A stretch of 64,000 bases of DNA from positions 32,001-96,000 of the IMG/VR virus record IMGVR_UViG_3300024346_000017; one strand, written 5' to 3'. Under the pieces are notes generated by a model. That model ran no database searches, was not told the DNA's origin, and saw only the letters and a list, made by a program, of their open reading frames with translations. How positions within the stretch are numbered: the first letter of the stretch is position 1; each line of letters starts with the position of its first letter. Positions 47,798 through 58,530 of this stretch are shown here, one piece after another. Made by a program: the position numbers and the translations under genes. Source of the stretch: a virus.

Positions 47798-48249
47798 TGG
47801 CAACAGCTTTAATTTTACCAGCAGGAGCAGCTTTGTCTCTACAAGACGATGCTGGTGTTTTCCATTCATTAACTGAACATAACAGAAGTCCCATAACAGT
47901 AGAAACACAAAGGTTCGAGAAGACTTCTAGAATGGCCAATGGAAGCCTTAGAAAGCTGTTTATAGCCGATAAGAAGACAGTCTCTACCTCCTGGAGCATG
48001 GTTCCCTCATACAATAGTATGACCGTAGACGGATACTGGGGAGCAGAAGATATAAAAAACTTTTATTTAAGCACTCATGGACAAGGCACATTTAATGTAA
48101 AAATTGCATATAATTCTACAAGAACAGAAACCTTCCTTGCCTCATTTACTTCATGTTCAGCAACTATGGTAAGAAGAAATGTAAAAGAAAAAGCGGCGGA
48201 CACAGCACAAGTATTTTGGGATTTATCTATTTCACTGGAAGAAGTATAA
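47797..48249 (+). CDS. distal tail-like protein
   Basis: RMANGSLRK...W; directly after TMP. Confidence 0.6.
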   Translation: MATALILPAGAALSLQDDAGVFHSLTEHNRSPITVETQRFEKTSRMANGSLRKLFIADKKTVSTSWSMVPSYNSMTVDGYWGAEDIKNFYLSTHGQGTFNVKIAYNSTRTETFLASFTSCSATMVRRNVKEKAADTAQVFWDLSISLEEV

Positions 48250-51200
48250 TGCAATACGTAAGCCCATCAACCTTAAGTTTAATTAATGAGTCTGCATCTT
48301 ATTCAATGTCGGGCGGATGCTGGCTAGAATATAATATGAACGATTTGATTTTAGGCGCTAAAGTAAGAGGGCCAAATGGAACTGATGAAAATCCAGAAGG
48401 CACTCTTCAAATAACACAAACTGTTAATGGTAAAACATACTACCCATATAAAAAACTATTCCCCTTAACAAATATAATAGATCCAAGAAGACCTTCTTCT
48501 GCGGGCATAAGCTATTTTTTATTAAACAAAATGGCACCAGTTGCTATACCAAAATATAATGTTTCAAAAGAACTTCCCTCCAGACTTTATTTTGCCAGTG
48601 CAAAGAATCAGTATAAGTATTTCTTGGCTGGACCAGCAGAAAATCTTTCTCTGCCTAACTGTAATATTAATGTAGAGTACCCAGTATTAAAAACAGCTGT
48701 AGCAAATGTTATAGTTGTTAAATTTGAAACTTCATACTCAAAGCCAGTCAGCTGGTCAATTAAAATAAAAAACCATCAGGACGTAGAGGCGACTATATTT
48801 ACAAATACAGTTGTATCAAGTAGCAACACAGGAGTATTTGAACTTTATTACAATGGTGGTCTTTGGTCAAGTCCTTCCTCATGGTCAACTACAAAATTTA
48901 CAACACCATCAATTCCAGTAGATATTAAAAACATTACTGTAACAGTAAGCACAATTAATAAAGCAAACTCATACCTAGGCGTTATTGAAATAGGAGCAAA
49001 ATATATACAAGATGTTTCTGACAGAGTAATTTCTTTTCAGGCTTCAAAAATGTCTTCAGATAGTTCATCTGGAATTGTTCCAGTAGGATCAGTAACATCA
49101 AACGCATTATCCTTATCCTTAGAAGGATTTGATAAAAAGGGAATAGAGTACGATAAAACTTACGCATTTAATAAGAACAATATTAATTTATATAAAAACG
49201 TTAAGATGATTCCATTTAATAAAATAGGATCAGATATGATTTTTCAAGGAGTATTTTATATAGATTCTTTTAGTATATCTGAGTTTGGAGATATTGATAT
49301 TCAGGGACTAGACGGAGCCAAATTTTTACAAGAAATATTAGCTCCAGATATTGTAATTCAAAATGCTCCATCACAGGCAATCATTAGAAGGCTATTGGAC
49401 GGCATAGGATTTACTTCCTATAACTTTAATACATATGCAAAAGACAGTACAGACTTAACCGATACAGCTACCATAGTCCCGCTATTTTGGTATACAGAAG
49501 ATACAAAGACAGTCTGGGAACATATACAGGATTTATGTAGAGACACACAAATGATAGCTACATTTGATAACAACGACATACTTCAATTCTATCCTAGAGA
49601 CTATCTGTTTGATAAAACAAGAGGAACTAACTTTAAGTTTAGAAGCGAAAAAAAATTATTAAATCTACCCAATATAATGTCTATGAGTAAAGAAACAGTG
49701 CCTTCAGTTAAGGCAGTTAAAGTGATTTATTCTCCAATAATAAGCACAAACTATTCTGGTTCTTCAGACAACCTTTACGTTTCTCCACCATCAGCAATTG
49801 GTGCAGCCGCCTTACAATCTACTTTATTAGCAACACCACCTGTTACAGTAGACGCCCCATTAGGAGTGGTTACTCTTGCACCAATAAGCGTGTACAGTTC
49901 TTTGGCCGACACATCTTTTTATAATAAGTCTGGATATTTTTTAATAAATAATGAAATAATTAAATATGATGCAATTGAATTTCAATACGAGCCTGTTTCT
50001 GCACCGAACACTCTTGTAAAAAAATGGATTACTTCTGACTCAGATATAGCAAAGTGGCTGGGAGAAAGTAAAATAGGTTCTTTTAAGTCAACGCTAAGGT
50101 ATAGAATTAAAGAAAGAAATTCATTTAATGCTACTGGTAAAGGGGTTGGTGTTGGAGAAGAGCACAAGGTAGAGATTAATAAGTTAAAGGAGGAATGGTT
50201 TGGATCTAGGCTAAATCTTTCTGCAAAAACAAATGTTGGAGATCAATCAGTATTTACATTAAAGCAGACGGAAAAGCAGTCAGAGGGTCCAGTAGTAAAA
50301 GAAGTAGAAGTATCAAGATCACTACTTCACATTGTTACTCCCCCAGCATCTAAAGAATATTATTGTGCATCAATTACTCCAGATACCGTTAACATATCTA
50401 CAGAAGAATATTTTTCTGTAGGAACGGCATTGTTTTTTAAACTTGCAAAAGATAAGTTTGGAAGAGTAACTGGAGAGCAGGCAGTATCTGCTGCATTAGG
50501 AATAGGGCTTGACTCTAATAATTTAAATGGTTACATATTAAAAATTTCAACTTCACAAAATGTTGCAACCAAAGGACTAGAGTCTAAAGACGTTCAGCTG
50601 TGGAAGATTGTAGACGGTAAAGAAACAAAAATTACGGATACGCAAAAGACTGAAGATAATTCAATTACTGGAGTATCTGGCGGAAAGTTTTATAGAATAG
50701 ATGTAAAAGTATCTAAGGCCACAACTGGTAAAAAAATATTTAAAATTAAATTTAATAATCAACTCATTACGGCAACTGATGAATCCCCTATAGCAATAAA
50801 CTCAAAGATCTCACTTATTGGAATTGAAGGAGAGGCAGCCTTTGACTATGCATACTGCTCTTCTTTAACTAAAAATGAATTTAACTCTTCTACCTCATAC
50901 GACAACTACGGCTCATATATTTCAGCATCAAACGCCCTACAGAATTTGTTTGGAGATTTTGTTTTTACTGGATCTAATTCTTCTTCTAAGGCTCCATGGA
51001 TAAAAGAGTTTGGGCCAGTAGCAAGAGAAATAAAAAAAATATCAACTAAATATTCAACAAGGCCAGGGCTTGTTAAATATCCTCAGATAATATTAAATCC
51101 AAACGTTACCCTTATAGGGTATAACGCAAACTCTTTTGGAATAGAGGCCTACATACTAAATAACACTGGCGCATTTGTTGACATAGCAGATGGCGGAGAA

Positions 51201-51578
51201 AAAAGCTTTATTGTTGTTGGAGAAACAATAACAACGTTAGACCCATTTGAGTATATAGACCCATTACTTTCTTCAACTAAAAATGAAGAGCAGGTTGCCT
51301 TTGAGTCCACATGGATACAAAAAGAAGAAGAGGCAAAAAAATTATCTGAATGGATGAGAACTCAGTGGTCAAATCAACAGATTGTTTTGACCCTTGATAT
51401 TTTCCCTAACCCGATACTTGAAATAGGAGATATTGTAGAAATATCTTATCCTAATAACTCAGTGTATTCTACAGAGGATACAGGCAAAACGGCAGGCAAA
51501 TATATAGTTTTGGACATAGAGCAGGCCTATAGCTCTGACCCATCTACAAGAATAACATGTAGGTCGATTTATGTTTAA
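48249..51578 (+). CDS. tail tip / hub protein
   Basis: Large ORF; C-terminal PNPILEIGDIVEISY; start revised to TAATG overlap at 48249. Confidence 0.7.
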   Translation: MQYVSPSTLSLINESASYSMSGGCWLEYNMNDLILGAKVRGPNGTDENPEGTLQITQTVNGKTYYPYKKLFPLTNIIDPRRPSSAGISYFLLNKMAPVAIPKYNVSKELPSRLYFASAKNQYKYFLAGPAENLSLPNCNINVEYPVLKTAVANVIVVKFETSYSKPVSWSIKIKNHQDVEATIFTNTVVSSSNTGVFELYYNGGLWSSPSSWSTTKFTTPSIPVDIKNITVTVSTINKANSYLGVIEIGAKYIQDVSDRVISFQASKMSSDSSSGIVPVGSVTSNALSLSLEGFDKKGIEYDKTYAFNKNNINLYKNVKMIPFNKIGSDMIFQGVFYIDSFSISEFGDIDIQGLDGAKFLQEILAPDIVIQNAPSQAIIRRLLDGIGFTSYNFNTYAKDSTDLTDTATIVPLFWYTEDTKTVWEHIQDLCRDTQMIATFDNNDILQFYPRDYLFDKTRGTNFKFRSEKKLLNLPNIMSMSKETVPSVKAVKVIYSPIISTNYSGSSDNLYVSPPSAIGAAALQSTLLATPPVTVDAPLGVVTLAPISVYSSLADTSFYNKSGYFLINNEIIKYDAIEFQYEPVSAPNTLVKKWITSDSDIAKWLGESKIGSFKSTLRYRIKERNSFNATGKGVGVGEEHKVEINKLKEEWFGSRLNLSAKTNVGDQSVFTLKQTEKQSEGPVVKEVEVSRSLLHIVTPPASKEYYCASITPDTVNISTEEYFSVGTALFFKLAKDKFGRVTGEQAVSAALGIGLDSNNLNGYILKISTSQNVATKGLESKDVQLWKIVDGKETKITDTQKTEDNSITGVSGGKFYRIDVKVSKATTGKKIFKIKFNNQLITATDESPIAINSKISLIGIEGEAAFDYAYCSSLTKNEFNSSTSYDNYGSYISASNALQNLFGDFVFTGSNSSSKAPWIKEFGPVAREIKKISTKYSTRPGLVKYPQIILNPNVTLIGYNANSFGIEAYILNNTGAFVDIADGGEKSFIVVGETITTLDPFEYIDPLLSSTKNEEQVAFESTWIQKEEEAKKLSEWMRTQWSNQQIVLTLDIFPNPILEIGDIVEISYPNNSVYSTEDTGKTAGKYIVLDIEQAYSSDPSTRITCRSIYV

Positions 51579-51598
51579 TGAAATGGTAGAATCTTTAT

Positions 51599-51979
51599 AT
51601 GGTTAGAAAAAATCCTAAAATAGGAAAATCTCAAATAGCTGGTGGAATCAAAGTCCAACTGCCACTAGACTCACCCCTAATTGGTATATTAAAAACAGAT
51701 CAATACGATGTTGTAAATCTATATACAAACGAGGTAGATAAGACTTATGTTCCAGGAGAAGGCTCTGATGGACCTCCAGAACCGCCGCCAGAACCAGCTC
51801 TAGCTCCAAACCTAGAAGACATTACTCTTATAGGGAAAACAGGCAAAAGATATTCTTCTGGAGCAATAATTACTGATCCAGAAATATACTATGACTCAAA
51901 CAACAATAGGTTTCTCAGGGTTACCTTTGAAGTAAAAAACAGCGTAGGAGATATCGTAAAAGGGGCCATTGTAATATGA
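51599..51979 (+). CDS. hypothetical tail-module protein
   Basis: ORF track; ATG 6 nt after TGGTAGAAT. Confidence 0.6.
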   Translation: MVRKNPKIGKSQIAGGIKVQLPLDSPLIGILKTDQYDVVNLYTNEVDKTYVPGEGSDGPPEPPPEPALAPNLEDITLIGKTGKRYSSGAIITDPEIYYDSNNNRFLRVTFEVKNSVGDIVKGAIVI

Positions 51980-52863
51980 TAACAAAATTTGGTAAAAGAT
52001 TTATTACTTCTTATTTAGCGAATGGGCTTAACTTTAATCAAAAAGATATTGCAATAGGAATAGGCTCAACAGCAGCAACCGTAAACGACACAGACTTAGA
52101 ATTTGAATTTTATAGAACTGGAGTAAGTTTAGGAAGCATAGACATACAAACAAATACATCTACTGGACAAACAACTTATGCTGTAGTGTATAAAGCTACT
52201 CTGCCAACAGATGCAGAAGGCATTATTTCAGAAATTGGAATTTTTCCTACAGCTTTTGCTCAAAATACAGACTACTCTTCAAAGTATATATCTTCATTTG
52301 AGAATACATCTTCTTGGCTTGACAGTGCTGGTAACCAGCCAATAGCAGTTTCAACTCCAACTCCAAAAATAGGATCTTCATTTTTTACCGTATCTGCTGT
52401 TAGCGGTGGATCTAAATCGTATAGCCTAGATACTATATTTGATATTTCTGGATACGGTGTAGATGACAGCATAAGTTTTGCATTTTACCAATCTGATTTA
52501 AACTTAGATTATGTTTACGCAAGATTTTATAGCTCTGCCTCTAATTACAAAGAGGTTAGATTTTCTGGATCCACGTCTATTGGGCATAAGGTATTAACCA
52601 CTAAGTTGTCAAATCTTTTCAACTCAGCATTTACTTCAGCTGGAGCAACAGACTTTGCCAATATAATGAAGATCGAGGTTGGCGCAAAAGCAAAAACTTC
52701 TTTATCTACAACAGTGCTTTTAGATGGATTAAGGCTAAATGATGACGATAGATATAATCCTCAGTATGGACTTATAAGTAGATCAGTCCTATCCAGCCCA
52801 ATAGTAAAGACACTTGGCGTAGAGATGGACATAGAATATAAAATTAATCTAGGGTTCTTATAA
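51976..52863 (+). CDS. minor tail protein
   Basis: MITKFGK...IAIGIG...DTDLEFE...ISEIGIF. Confidence 0.7.
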   Translation: MITKFGKRFITSYLANGLNFNQKDIAIGIGSTAATVNDTDLEFEFYRTGVSLGSIDIQTNTSTGQTTYAVVYKATLPTDAEGIISEIGIFPTAFAQNTDYSSKYISSFENTSSWLDSAGNQPIAVSTPTPKIGSSFFTVSAVSGGSKSYSLDTIFDISGYGVDDSISFAFYQSDLNLDYVYARFYSSASNYKEVRFSGSTSIGHKVLTTKLSNLFNSAFTSAGATDFANIMKIEVGAKAKTSLSTTVLLDGLRLNDDDRYNPQYGLISRSVLSSPIVKTLGVEMDIEYKINLGFL

Positions 52864-55607
52864 TGAGATGGATTCAGGTTCACGATGGCGGCGGAGAGAC
52901 TATACCAGCAGACCAAGAGAGATCAGATGCGGATGCAGCAGCAAATGCAAATAAAAAAACTCCAGGCTCATTCACAGTACAAAAATCAGGATTCAATGTT
53001 GTCCAAGGTGGGGTCTATAAGATGGCCTTTGCGTACTTGTATGAAGATCCAGATAATCCTTCCGAAACAATAGTCGGTCCTAGTTCTCCAAATTTTACAT
53101 TTACTTTAGACACACCAGATTTAACTAGAGCAGTTACGGGCTTAGTTGTTACTCCTGGACTATTATCTTATGGCGTTAAATGGGATTTAATTGATAAATC
53201 ATTGCCTGAAAACAAATGGCTGATCGATATACAAATATATGAAAGCTTAACTGGAGCATTTGCAGGAGAAGAGTATTTAGTTTGGAATGGAAATGGTAAC
53301 TCTGCAACAATTTTAGTTTCTGATACAAACAATAGATGGATTCGTGTTTATACTAGAGATGCAGATTTTCATAAAAAAGGTGTTACCGCTGGTCCATTTA
53401 AAGCAACCGACCCTATTGTAGTAGATGTAACTGGTCCAGGAAATGTTGATTCTGTAACTACATCTGGCGGACTAGACACCACAGGAGTTGTAGGGTTTAA
53501 CGGGTATGCACAAATATCGTGGCCAGCAGTTACTGGAGGTGGAATACGTGGATATAGAATAAGATTTAGACCAGTGACTACTCCAGAGTCAAGCTATTCC
53601 TATGCAGACTCTCCTGGAACTGGAACTTCGTACAGACTTGCGGGACTAGGTGCAGGCTTAGTTTACGATATAGCGGTTGCAACATATGATGAATATAACA
53701 ATACATCTTCTAGCTATGTTCCTGGAACAAATGTTACTGTTGGTGGAACTCCTTATATTGCAAGTACAGTAGATGTTTCTGGATATTTTAGAGCAAAAGC
53801 AAATTCTACTGATGCAGATTCAACTGCATTTAAATTTGGATACGGAATAGAGACTGGCAAACGAGGACTATTATTTAATGCAAGTAACTATTGGCATATA
53901 GATTCTAACCAATCTGCTTTATTTAAAGTTGGAGGACCAACTGCAAACTACCTTTTGTGGAATGGCACTAAGCTAACTATAGATGGAGATATTAACGCAA
54001 AGGGTGGATCCTTTAGTGGTAACATTTTTATGTCAACAACTGGAGCATCTATATATAGTGGAACAATTGACACTGCTACTGGTAACCTAACTGGCAACGG
54101 ATTTGCATTAAACTCAACTGGATTAAAAGTTGCTAATGGAGTTAACTCAGTAACCTTATCCGCTGCAACTGGAACAATTACAGCAAATGCAGGTTCTATT
54201 GCTGGATGGAATTTAAGCGGAACAACTTTATCAAAAAACAATGTAATACTTGACAGCGCTGGACAAATACAAGTTGGATCAACAGCAGCTCAAAGTGTTT
54301 ATCTGAAATCTTCTGGAAGTTTTGTTATGTGGGCTGGAAACAACACTCCAGATGCAAATGCTAAGTTTAGAGTAGGAGTAGATGGAACGCTATATGCAGC
54401 TGGTGCCGTACTTGGATCGAATACAACTGTAGACGGATATGCAACCACCGCAACAACAACTGGAATAAATACAAGGCTTACTACAGCAGAAGGTACTGTT
54501 TCTACATTGGGTACAAACGTCACAACATTATCTAATAGCGTTGGAACTATATCTACTGGCTTAGCTACAAAGAACACAACTTTTGTTGGAGGCACCGCAC
54601 CTACTGCCAATAGAGCTGGAGACATCTGGATAGACACTAATAGCGGAAACGAATTAAAGACATGGACAGGATCTGCATGGACAAGCAGAAGAGACACGAC
54701 CTTTGCAAAAACAACGGATTTAGGCACTAAATTAAATGCCACAACTTCTATAATTCAAAGCACGGTAGATAATAAAATTACAGCTAATGCAGCAGGACTT
54801 GAAATATTTAGTGGTTCTGCAAATAGCGGATTAAAATTTACAGGTACTGGATTTTTTGGATACAAGAACAGCGTACCAACATTCTCAATTTTATCAGATG
54901 GAACCGCGACATTTGCTGGTACACTAAGCGCAGCAACAGGATCATTTACTGGAGCCGTAACTGCTACCTCTGGAGTCATTGGTGGATTTACTTTAACTGG
55001 CGGTACAGACTTTACTGCAAAACTAGATGTCAATCCAAGAATTATTTTTGGCAATAAGATTTTAATTGGCTCAATTGATTTAGGAGGCACTAGCGGAGAT
55101 TATGGATTAAGAATAGGTAATCCATATGGAACTGCAGGTGCATCTTTTAGAATCAACACAGCAGACGACGTAAATAGATTTTCTGCAGATAGCGCTACAA
55201 GAACCTATGCTGGAGAAGTAAGAAATGCTCTTAGAGCAGCACCAATTAGATCTATCGGCGCTGTTGTTACTGAATCATCTTCTAGAAGATTCAAAGAAAA
55301 TATAGTTTCAGCACCTAAAAGATATTACGACAGAATATTAAATGTTGATCCAATGTTTTATACCTACAAGACAGATAGCGAAGAAGTTCTTCCAGAATTG
55401 CGTGGACACCACAGATTTGGTATGATAGCTGAAGATTTAGAAGAAGCTGGTCTTGGATACTTTGTTGAAAGAGACCTGCAGGGTAGACCAACTAATCTAA
55501 ATGACATGATGTCATTCCCTTTGCTTTTAATTCCAATTATTAAAGAATTAAAACAAGAGGTACAATCACTTAAAGATTCAATAATAGCAATGGGGGGAAC
55601 TGTATGA
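52863..55607 (+). CDS. tail fibre with FN3 domain and C-terminal intramolecular chaperone (S74-like)
   Basis: FN3 (ISWPAV..GYRIRFR..Y.IAVATYD), GSIAGW, GDIWIDT, SSRRFKENI...FGMIAEDL. Confidence 0.8.
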   Translation: MRWIQVHDGGGETIPADQERSDADAAANANKKTPGSFTVQKSGFNVVQGGVYKMAFAYLYEDPDNPSETIVGPSSPNFTFTLDTPDLTRAVTGLVVTPGLLSYGVKWDLIDKSLPENKWLIDIQIYESLTGAFAGEEYLVWNGNGNSATILVSDTNNRWIRVYTRDADFHKKGVTAGPFKATDPIVVDVTGPGNVDSVTTSGGLDTTGVVGFNGYAQISWPAVTGGGIRGYRIRFRPVTTPESSYSYADSPGTGTSYRLAGLGAGLVYDIAVATYDEYNNTSSSYVPGTNVTVGGTPYIASTVDVSGYFRAKANSTDADSTAFKFGYGIETGKRGLLFNASNYWHIDSNQSALFKVGGPTANYLLWNGTKLTIDGDINAKGGSFSGNIFMSTTGASIYSGTIDTATGNLTGNGFALNSTGLKVANGVNSVTLSAATGTITANAGSIAGWNLSGTTLSKNNVILDSAGQIQVGSTAAQSVYLKSSGSFVMWAGNNTPDANAKFRVGVDGTLYAAGAVLGSNTTVDGYATTATTTGINTRLTTAEGTVSTLGTNVTTLSNSVGTISTGLATKNTTFVGGTAPTANRAGDIWIDTNSGNELKTWTGSAWTSRRDTTFAKTTDLGTKLNATTSIIQSTVDNKITANAAGLEIFSGSANSGLKFTGTGFFGYKNSVPTFSILSDGTATFAGTLSAATGSFTGAVTATSGVIGGFTLTGGTDFTAKLDVNPRIIFGNKILIGSIDLGGTSGDYGLRIGNPYGTAGASFRINTADDVNRFSADSATRTYAGEVRNALRAAPIRSIGAVVTESSSRRFKENIVSAPKRYYDRILNVDPMFYTYKTDSEEVLPELRGHHRFGMIAEDLEEAGLGYFVERDLQGRPTNLNDMMSFPLLLIPIIKELKQEVQSLKDSIIAMGGTV

Positions 55608-55807
55608 TAAGATTTTTTTGCTCAATATGCATAGACGACATAGACCTAGATCCAACAGACATGTGCCTGACTTGCTGCGAGGCAACTTGCCCAGAATGCG
55701 GAACTGTTCTTAGAAGCCTATATGCTAGACCAGAAAACCCAACAGAGGATATGTTGGGTCTTGCCGCATACAATCAAATTAATGCTATAGACACAAATAC
55801 ACCATAA
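55604..55807 (+). CDS. zinc-ribbon protein
   Basis: CSIC...CPECG. Confidence 0.6.
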   Translation: MIRFFCSICIDDIDLDPTDMCLTCCEATCPECGTVLRSLYARPENPTEDMLGLAAYNQINAIDTNTP

Positions 55808-55838
55808 TGGTATACTGTAAATCTATCAAGGAGATATA

Positions 55839-55985
55839 ATGGATAAAGCAGAATTAGTAATTAGCGCACTGCAGCAAAGAATTGGCGAGCTTGTCTCAAA
55901 TTATGAGACGCACATTGCTATTCTTCGTGCAGAAATAACACAGCTTCAGCAGGCACAAATGTCTGAGGAGCCAGAGGAGAAATAA
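55839..55985 (+). CDS. 48-aa coiled-coil protein
   Basis: Read manually: MDKAELVISALQQRIGELVSNYE...; RBS AAGGAG. Confidence 0.75.
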   Translation: MDKAELVISALQQRIGELVSNYETHIAILRAEITQLQQAQMSEEPEEK

Positions 55986-55986
55986 A

Positions 55987-56400
55987 ATGGCAGAACAATT
56001 AAAGTCTATGCAGGTTAATGAAGGAGATCCAATTACTTCAGAGCTACTATCTAACATGGTATCAAACATTAATCTAATTAATGCTATGGCAAGTAGCACT
56101 ACTGGAACTCCTGCAACCCCTGGAGTACCTGGAGCAGTTCAGGTAATTGATAGTGGTAGACCTTCAGTTCCCTGTAATACAGCAGGCACTGGAGAACTCA
56201 CAATTCCTTTTAAAAAGACTTTTTCTGTAAGGCCTAATATAGTATGTACAGTATGGCAAACAAGCGGGAAAAACTTTTTAACACATAAATATATACCAGT
56301 TGTAACAACAGCAAGCGCAACAGAGTTTACTGTAAGAATGATGCCAGTAGGCGCAACAGCAAACGGAAACGTTTATGTTCAATGGATTGCTACTATCTAA
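55987..56400 (+). CDS. tail-associated protein, H-type-lectin/gp53-like C-terminus
   Basis: IPFKKTFSVRPNIV...FTVR...VQWIA. Confidence 0.55.
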   Translation: MAEQLKSMQVNEGDPITSELLSNMVSNINLINAMASSTTGTPATPGVPGAVQVIDSGRPSVPCNTAGTGELTIPFKKTFSVRPNIVCTVWQTSGKNFLTHKYIPVVTTASATEFTVRMMPVGATANGNVYVQWIATI

Positions 56401-56410
56401 CAAATAAGTA

Positions 56411-56438
56411 TTGACAATATAGCACATAATGCTACAAT
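56411..56438 (+). promoter_or_regulatory. sigma70-type promoter of replication module
   Basis: TTGACA-N16-(TGC)TACAAT. Confidence 0.6.
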
Positions 56439-56493
56439 TTGATGTAGCGCTAAGGCCATGAATATTCATGGCCTATTAACATTAGGGTAAATA

Positions 56494-57294
56494 ATGACAA
56501 ACGATTTAAAGTGGATGCTATCTTCGGACCAGCAATTCCCTTATCAAGATGACAAGATGATCGAGCTTTGGTTTAAAGTAATGAAGTGGTTTAAGCCAGA
56601 TGTCGTTGACTACCTTGGTGATACAGATGATCAGGCATGCTATAGTAAGTATACAGAAGGCCGTTCAGCAGAATTTATGCAGCTTCACAAAAATGATAGC
56701 AGAGATTTAATAGTTCCAATGATGAGACATGAAGCAAAGGGCGCTAGAGATTTTTACGCAAAGACAAGAGAGATGCTTCCTAATGCACAATTATTTTCTG
56801 CTTTGGGTAACCACGACATTCGTATCTTTAACTATGTTGATGCCAAGCTCCCAGATTATATCAATGAAGTAACACCAGAAGCCTTGTGGTCCTTAGACTC
56901 ACTTGGCTACGAATATATTTATTATGACGAGCTTCCTAAGCGCCGTTTTGGAGACATTCACGTGCACCACGGACTTTCTATTGCAGCAACAGGATCGGCA
57001 AGAAAAGACATGGAAGACATGCAGATCTCATTAATTCGTGGGCACTCTCACAGAATTGCTTCGCATATGGTAACATATGAACTTAGAAATAATGGAGAGG
57101 GAGAAACTCTTCGTGGATATGAGATTGGTCACATGTGTGACGAAAAGGGTCCAGGAATGAAGTATACTCAACACCATGATTGGCAAAAAGGATTTGCCGT
57201 TGCACATATTGTTAATGATTATCCTCACATTCAAATGATCCATGTTTCACCAGACTACTCATGTGTCGTGGATGGAAAGTTCTTTCAAGTATGA
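56494..57294 (+). CDS. calcineurin-like metallophosphoesterase
   Basis: SDQQ, LGD..D, GNHD, HHG, GHSHR. Confidence 0.85.
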   Translation: MTNDLKWMLSSDQQFPYQDDKMIELWFKVMKWFKPDVVDYLGDTDDQACYSKYTEGRSAEFMQLHKNDSRDLIVPMMRHEAKGARDFYAKTREMLPNAQLFSALGNHDIRIFNYVDAKLPDYINEVTPEALWSLDSLGYEYIYYDELPKRRFGDIHVHHGLSIAATGSARKDMEDMQISLIRGHSHRIASHMVTYELRNNGEGETLRGYEIGHMCDEKGPGMKYTQHHDWQKGFAVAHIVNDYPHIQMIHVSPDYSCVVDGKFFQV

Positions 57295-57479
57295 TAAAGT
57301 GTAATAAATGCGGAGGAAGAGTATTCATAGATAGAGTATTCTCTCAAAAAATGCATATGGAATTGTTTTGCATCATGTGCGGTAAGCGCTGGATGATGAA
57401 TAAGAATACAAATAAGTTGGGGAAATGGCTAGAGACACTAGAGGAAAATCACTCAAAGAAATACGGTATTTCTTCTTAA
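57291..57479 (+). CDS. zinc-ribbon protein
   Basis: CNKCGG...CIMCG; ATGA overlap start. Confidence 0.7.
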   Translation: MIKCNKCGGRVFIDRVFSQKMHMELFCIMCGKRWMMNKNTNKLGKWLETLEENHSKKYGISS

Positions 57480-57907
57480 ACGGAAAAATACATAAGACTC
57501 TTAGTTTATCTAGAGCTAAGGATCAGGTAATTGCTTGGTCTTATATAGATAAAAAAAGAATGCTGTATCCATACTCAGAAGTAAATAAAAGTATGGGTAA
57601 CGCATATAGTATTGTTGAAGTGGCCTCCATGCTTAATAAGCATAGGGTTACAATACAGGATTATATTCTAGAGGAAAAAATTAAGTGTCCACAAAAGATT
57701 TATCCAATAGGCAGTGGCTCAGAAGACAAATGGTATAAATATATGTTTAGCGACAAAGACGTACTTGACCTACACGAGTATATCCTTGAATCTGGACATT
57801 CAAAAAATGTTCCGTCTAAGGCGGAACTAATAGCTCTTCTCAAACACAGTTTTATATTGTATACTAAGACAGACAGTGGCTTTGTCCCAGTATGGAAGGC
57901 GGAGTAA
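57425..57907 (+). CDS. putative HTH DNA-binding protein
   Basis: YSIVEVASMLNKHRVTIQDY, MerR/excisionase-like HTH. Confidence 0.6.
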   Translation: MARDTRGKSLKEIRYFFLNGKIHKTLSLSRAKDQVIAWSYIDKKRMLYPYSEVNKSMGNAYSIVEVASMLNKHRVTIQDYILEEKIKCPQKIYPIGSGSEDKWYKYMFSDKDVLDLHEYILESGHSKNVPSKAELIALLKHSFILYTKTDSGFVPVWKAE

Positions 57908-58020
57908 TGGAAAAGAGTAGAGTTGTTACTTGCGATATTTGTAAAAGAGACATAGAAGTTCGCTGGGGCATATTCGCCAGCGATACATTAAACAGACACA
58001 AGAAGGCGGAGCACAAATGA
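57907..58020 (+). CDS. 37-aa C2H2-type zinc-finger peptide
   Basis: Read manually: CDIC...LNRHKKAEH; TAATG and ATGA coupling on both sides. Confidence 0.7.
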   Translation: MEKSRVVTCDICKRDIEVRWGIFASDTLNRHKKAEHK

Positions 58021-58220
58021 CAACAAGAGTTAAGGTAGATCTTTCTTTTACTAGAAATCTTGGTAACTATGAAAGCATTAGAATTAATGTTGGCGTGGAA
58101 GATGATGTGCGTTCTGGTGAGACTGTTGATGCTGCTACCGAAAGAGTATACGCATTTGTGGAAAGCAAGCTTGTTCAAAAAACAAGTGAGGTAGAGGAAG
58201 AGCTTAAGAGTGGCAAATAA
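58017..58220 (+). CDS. conserved phage hypothetical protein
   Basis: TRNLGNYESIR motif. Confidence 0.75.
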   Translation: MTTRVKVDLSFTRNLGNYESIRINVGVEDDVRSGETVDAATERVYAFVESKLVQKTSEVEEELKSGK

Positions 58221-58530
58221 TAAAGAGCCATATATTCTTATGACTAATTACCAGAATCTCTACAAGGAGAAATACGGGAAGATGCCTACTCTAAATAAGT
58301 TTAGGGAGAAGTGGGCTATGCAAGATGTAATTGATAGCGTGGGATTTCAAAAAGCTAACGACCTACTGTCTTATTATTTCAGCCTAGAAAAAACAGGGCA
58401 CCCACTGCAATTCTTTTATTATAACTTTGATAAAATGGAAAATGCTAGAATAGAGTTACAAAAAGATATTGAGACACGCCGACTATTGCGAGAGTCTACT
58501 AAGAAGATGGTGGAAGAAGGCGGGCTATGA
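58210..58530 (+). CDS. hypothetical protein preceding helicase (possible loader)
   Basis: ORF track; operon overlap. Confidence 0.65.
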   Translation: MANNKEPYILMTNYQNLYKEKYGKMPTLNKFREKWAMQDVIDSVGFQKANDLLSYYFSLEKTGHPLQFFYYNFDKMENARIELQKDIETRRLLRESTKKMVEEGGL

